From: the human T2T-CHM13v2.0 reference genome, Homo sapiens
Reading direction: 5' to 3' (one strand)
Assembly: GCF_009914755.1 (NCBI RefSeq)
Contig: NC_060933.1
DNA: 64,000 nucleotides
Both the position numbers and the translations under genes were made by a program. Below are positions 58,501-64,000 of the stretch, in pieces (positions within the stretch are counted from its first letter, which is position 1; every line of letters begins with the position of its first letter). The notes below the pieces were generated by a model. The model ran no database searches. It was not told the origin of the DNA and saw nothing but the letters and a program-made list of their open reading frames with translations.

Positions 58501-61500
58501 GGAATGGAATGGAATGGAATGGAATGGAATGGAATGGAATGGAATGGAATGGAATCAACTCGATTGCAATCGAATGGAATGGAATGGAATTAACCCGAAT
58601 AGAATGGAATGGAATGGAACGGAACGGAACGGAATAGAATGGAATGGAATGGAATGGAATGGAATGGAACAGAACGGAATGGAATGGAATGGAATGGAAT
58701 GGAATCAACGCGAGTGCAGGGGAATGGAATGGAATGGAATGCAATGGAATGGAATCTTCCGGAATGGAATGGAATGGAATGGAATGGAATGAAATGCAAT
58801 GGATTCAACTCGATTGCAATGGAATGGAATAGAATGGAATGGAATGGAATGGAATGGAATTAATTCGAATAGAATGGAATGGAATGGAATGGAACGGAAT
58901 GGAATGGAATGGAATTGAAAGGAATGGAATGGAATGGAATGGAATCAACGCGAGTGCAGGGGAATGTAATGGAACGGAATGCAATGGAATGGAATCATCC
59001 GGAATGGAATGGAATGGAATGGAATGGAATGGAATGGAATCAATCCGAGTGCAATGGAATGGAGTGGAATGGAAGGGAATGGAATGGAACAACCCGAATG
59101 GAATGGAATGTAATGGAGAGTAAGGGAGTTGAATAGAATCAATCCGAATGTAATGGAATGGAATGCAACGGAATGGAATGGAATGGAATGGAATGGAATG
59201 GAATGATACGGAATAGAATGGAATGGAACGAAATGGAATGGAATGGAATGGAATGGAATGGAAAGGAATCGTTCCGAGTGGAATAGGAGGGAATGTATTC
59301 GAGTGGAATGGAAAGGAATGGAATCAACCAGAGTGGAATGGAAGGGAATGGAATGGAATGGAAACTAATAAAATGGAATCAACCCGAGAGGAATGGAATG
59401 GAAAAGACTGGAATGGAATGGAATGGAAAGGAATCAACTCGATTGTAATGGAATGGAATGGAATGGAATGGAATTAACCCGAATAGAATGGAATGGAATG
59501 GAATGGAACGGAATGGAATGGAACGAAAAGGAACGGAATGGAATGGAATAGAATGGAATGGAATGGAATCAACGCGAGTGCAGGGGAATGGAATGGAATG
59601 GAATGCAATGGAATGGAATCTTCCGGAATGGAATGGAATGGAATGGAATGGAATGGAATGGAATCAACCCGAGTGCAATGGAATGGAGTGGAATGGAATG
59701 GAATGGAATGGAACAACCCGAATGGAATGGAATGTAATGGAGAGTAAGGGAGTTGAATAGAATGAATCCGAATGTAATGGAATGGAATGGAACGGAATGG
59801 AATTGAATGGAATGTAATGGAATGCAATGGAATGGAATCAACCCGAGTTCAATGGAATGGAATGGAATGGAATGGAATGGAATGGAATGGAATGGAATGG
59901 AATGATACGGAATAGAATGGAATGGAACGAAATGGAATGGAATGGAATGGAATGGAAGGGAATGGAATGGAATGATACGGAATAGAATGGAATGGAACGA
60001 AATGGAATGGAATGGAATGGAATGGAATGGAATGGAATGGAATGGAATCGTTCCGAGTGGAATAGGAGGGAATGTATTCGAGTGGAATGGAAAGGAATGG
60101 AATCAACCAGAGTGGAATGGAAGGGAATGGAATGGAATGGAAACTAATAGAATGGAATCAACCCGAGAGGAATGGAATGGAAAAGACTGGAATGGAATGG
60201 AATGGAATGGAATCAACTCGATTGTAATGGAATGGAATGGAATGGAATGGAATTAACCCGAATAGAATGGAATGGAATGGAATGGAGTAGAATGGAACGA
60301 AAAGGAAGGGAATGGAATGGAATAGAATGGAATGGAATGGAATCAACGCGAGTGCAGGGGAATGGAATGGAATGGAATCCAATGGAATGGAATCTTCCGG
60401 AATGGAATGGAATGGAATGGAATGGAATGGAATGGAATGGAATCAACCCGAGTGCAATGGAATGGAGTGGAATGGAATGGAATGGAATGGAACAACCCGA
60501 ATGGAAAGGAATGTAATGGAGAGTAAGGGAGTTGAATAGAATGAATCCGAATGTAATGGATTGGAATGGAACGGAACGGAACGGAATGGAATGGAATGGA
60601 ATGGAATGGAATGGAATCAACTCGAGTGCAGGGGAATGGATTGGAATGGATTGCTATGGAATGGAATCTTCCGGAATGGAATGGAATGGAATGGAATGGA
60701 ATGAAATGCAATGGGTTCAACTCGATTGCAATGGAATGGAATAGAATGGAATGGAATGGAATGGAATTAATTCGAATAGAATGGAATGGAATGTAATGGA
60801 ACGGAATGGAACGGAATGGAATGGAATGGAATGGTATGGAACGGAATGGAATGGTACGGAATAGAATGGAATGGAACGAATTGTAATGGAATGGAATTGA
60901 ATGGAATGGAATGGAATGGAATGGAATCAACGCGAGTGCAGGGGAATGTAATGGAACGGAATGCAATGGAATGGAATCATCCGCAATGGAATGGAATGGA
61001 ATGGAATGGAATGGAATCAACCCGAGTGCAACGGAATGGAGTGGAATGGAATGGAATGGAATGGAACAACCCGAATGGAATGGAATGTAATGGAGAGTAA
61101 GGGAGTTGAATAGAATCAATCCGAATGTAATGGAATGGAATGCAACGGAATGGAATGGAATGGAATGGAATGGAATGGAATGGAATTAACCCGAATAAAA
61201 TGGAATGGAATGGAATGGAATTGAACGGAATGGAGTGGAATGGAATGGAATCAACCCGAGTGCAGGGGAATCTAATGGAATGGAATGCAATGGAATGGTA
61301 TCATCCGGAATGGAATGGAATGGAATGGAATGCAAAGCAATGGAATCAACTCGATTGCAATGGAATGGAATGGAATGGAAAGGAATACATTGGAATCAAC
61401 CCGAGTGGAATGGAATGGAAAGGACTGGAATGGAGTGGAATGGAATGGAATGGAATGGAATGGAATCAACTCGATTGGAATGGAATGGAATAGAATGGAA

Positions 61501-63682
61501 TGGAATTAACACGAATACAATGGAATGGAATGGAATGGAACGGAACGGATTGGAATGGAATGGAATGGAATGGAATGGAATGGAATGGAATCAACCCGAC
61601 TGCAGGGGAATGGGATGGAATGGAAGGCAATGGAATGGATTCAACTTGAACGGAATGGAAAGAATGGAATCAACACGAGTGGAATGGCATGGATTGGAAT
61701 GGAATGGAATGGAATCAACCCGAGTACAGGGGAATGGAATGGAATGCAATGCAATGGAATGGAATCATCCGTAATGGAATGGAAAGGAATGGAATGGAAT
61801 GGAATGGAATGGAATGGAATGGAATCAACTCGATTGCAATAGAATGGAATGGAATGGAATTAACCCGAATAGAATGGAATGGAATGGAATGGAAAGGAAC
61901 GGAACGGAATGGAACGGAACGGAGTGGAATGGAATGGAATGGAATTGTATGGAATGGAATGGCATGGTGTGGAATAGAATGGAATGGAAAGAATTGGAAT
62001 GGAATGGAATCGAATGGAATGGAATGGAATGGAATGGAATCAACCCGAGTACAGGGGAATGTAATGCAAAAGAATGCAATGGAATGGAATCATCCGGAAT
62101 GGAATGGAATGGAATGGAATGGAATGGAATGGAATGGAATGGAATCAACCCGAGTGCAATGGAATGGAGTGGAATGGAATGGAATGGAATGGAACAACCC
62201 GAATGGAATGGAATGTTATGGAGAGTAAGGGAGTTGAATAGAATCACTCCGAATGTAATGGAATGGAACGGAATGGAATGGAATGGAATGGAATGGAATG
62301 GAATGGAATGCAATGGAATGGAATCAACCCGAGTACAATGGAACGGAATGGAATGTAATGTAATGGAATGGAATGGAATGGAATGGAATGGAATGGAATG
62401 GAATGGAATCAACCCGAGTGCAATGGAATGGAGAGGAATGGACTGGAATGGAATGGAAACTACCCGAATGGAATGGAATGTAATGGAGCGTAAGGGAATT
62501 GAATAGAATCAATCCGAATGGAATGGAATGGAATGGAACGGAATGTAATGGAATGGAATGAAATGGAATCAACCCGAGTGCAGGCGAATGGAATGGAATG
62601 GAATGCAATGGAATGGAATCATCCGGAATGGAATGGAATGGAATGCAATGGAATGGAATGGAATGGAATCAACCCGAGTGCAATGGAATGGAGTGAAATG
62701 GAATGGAATGGAATGGAAACAACCAGAATGGATTGGAATATATTGGAGTGTAAGGGAATGGAATAGAATCAATCTGAATGTAATGAAATGGAATGGAACG
62801 GAATGGAATGGAATGGAATGGAATGCAATGGAATGGAATCAACCCGAGTGCAATCGAATGGAATCGAATGGAATGGAATGCAATGGAATGGATTCAACTT
62901 GAATGGAAAGGAAAGAATGGAATCAACACGAGTGGAATGGCATGGATTGGAATGGAATGGAATGGAATCAACCCGAGTACAGGGGAATGGAATGGAATGG
63001 AATGCAATAGAATGGAATCATCAGTAATGGAATGGAAAGGAATGGAAAGGACTGGAATGGAATGGAATGTAATGGAATGGAATGGAATCAACTCGATTGC
63101 AATCGAATGGTATGGAATGGAATGGAATCAACTCGATTGCAATCGAATGGAATGGAATGGAATTAACCCGAATAGAATGGAATGGAATGGTATGGAATGG
63201 AACGGAATGGAATGGAATGGAATGGAATGGAACGGAAAGGAATGGAATGGAATGGAATGGAATGGAATGGAATCAACGCGCGTGCAGGGGAATGGAATGG
63301 AATCGAATGGAATGGAAAGGAATGGAATGGAATCAACACGAGTGCAGGGGAATGTAATGGAACGGAATGCAATGGAATGGAATCATCCGGAATGGAATGG
63401 AATGGAATGGAATGGAATGGAATGGAATGGAATCAACCCGAGTGCAATGGAATGGAGTGGAATGGAATGGAATGGAATGGAACAACCCGAATGGAATGGA
63501 ATGTAATGGAGAGTAAGGGAGTTGAAAAGAATCAATCCGAATGTAATGGAATGGAATGGAACGGAATGGAATGGAATGGAATGGAATGCAATGTAATGGA
63601 ATCAACCCGAGTACAATGGAATGGAATGGAATGGAATGGAATGGAATGGAATGGAATGCAATGGAATGGAATCTTCCGGAAT
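49575..63682. promoter_or_regulatory. Cluster of 14 perfect heat-shock elements (nGAAnnTTCnnGAAn), inverted domain A; function predicted only
   Basis: ggaatcttccggaat starts at 49575, 49840, 51228, 51593, 52471, 55412, 56255, 57119, 57898, 58751, 59615, 60389, 60663 and 63668. Confidence 0.65.
55404..60420 (-). repeat. ~2.49-kb near-identical tandem duplication (copies ~55404-57889 and ~57890-60380)
   Basis: Private variants gaaaactaccc, gaaagtatgg, aactaataaa, cccgagttcaa and ggagtagaa recur at offsets 2486, 2496 and 2491. ORF-track pairs such as 56094/58590 are identical. Confidence 0.93.
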
Positions 63683-64000
63683 GGAATGGAATGGAATGGA
63701 ATGGAATGGAATGGAATGCAATGGATTCAACTCGATTGCAATGGAATGGAATAGAATGGAATGGAATGGAATGGAATGGAATGGAATTAAACCGAATAGA
63801 ATGGAATGGAATGGAATGGAACGGAACAGAACGGAAAGGAACGGAACGGAGTGGAATGGAATGGAATGGAATTGTATGGAATGGAATGGAATGGTACGGA
63901 ATAGAATGGAATGGAAAGAATTGGAATGGAATGGAATCGAATGGAATGGAATGGAATGGAATGGAATCAACCCGAGTGCAAGGGAATGTAATGGGACGGA

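Larger units (their letters stand above)
43689..64000 (-). repeat. Satellite III (HSat3) array in inverted orientation, GAATG strand on + (right arm)
   Basis: Continuous (GGAAT)n with the reverse complements of the same spacers (GGAATCAACCCGAGT, CAACTCGATTGC, AATTAACCCGAATAG). Confidence 0.96.
48203..64000 (-). repeat. Inverted sub-domain A
   Basis: Reverse complements of A modules: catccgtaa, cccgagtacagggg, ttcaacttgaa, ggaatcttccggaat, caacgcgagtgcagggg, cgttccgagtggaataggaggg. Confidence 0.85.

Noticed and set aside
7-63970. Hundreds of ORFs encoding (IPFHS)n or (MEWNG)n, up to 365 aa
   Set aside because: A pure pentamer repeat has no stop codon in any frame and GAATG supplies an ATG every 5 bp. 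The ORFs overlap in all six frames, are low-complexity and show no gene structure.
1-64000. CRISPR-like repeat/spacer appearance
   Set aside because: The spacers are recurrent mutated pentamers rather than unique sequences, there is no constant-length repeat, and there are no cas genes.
1-64000. TEAD (CATTCC/GGAATG) sites at nearly every pentamer
   Set aside because: A real match, but inherent to all HSat3 and already reported, so it is not specific to this window.
1-64000. Assignment to a specific subfamily or chromosome (e.g. chr9 HSat3), or to HSat2 or DYZ1
   Set aside because: CAACCCGAGT spacers, the lack of a fixed higher-order repeat and an inversion are compatible with chr9-type HSat3, but this needs alignment or k-mer classification. 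HSat2 and DYZ1 patterns are not evident.
43689-64000. G-quadruplex, telomeric or EWS-FLI1 GGAA-microsatellite interpretation
   Set aside because: G-runs of 3 or more are isolated, there are no TTAGGG arrays, and the unit is GGAAT rather than tandem GGAA.

Overview
All 64 kb is (CATTC)n/(GAATG)n pentamer satellite carrying CGGGTTG/CAACCCGAGT-type spacers, i.e. human or great-ape Satellite III (HSat3). I see no genes, RNA genes, transposon insertions or unique sequence, and all listed ORFs are repeat artefacts. The array is highly organised. (1) It switches strand abruptly at 43688-43690, from CATTC to GAATG on +. (2) Two sequence dialects are arranged in mirror order around that switch: A (1-~27.1 kb), B (~27.1-43.69 kb, with an A-type insert at ~28.7-29.66 kb), inverted B (43.69-48.2 kb) and inverted A (48.2-64 kb). 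This forms a diverged, shuffled macro-palindrome. (3) Dialect A carries about 31 copies of a perfect three-unit heat-shock element (aTTCc gGAAg aTTCc), and I find none in dialect B. (4) Tandem duplications of different ages occur (965 bp, ~1.91 kb, ~2.49 kb, and many of 40-75 bp). (5) The 5-bp register slips almost only by -1, at very different rates in A and B. All counts and alignments were made by eye and need computational confirmation. Species and chromosome cannot be fixed from the sequence alone.
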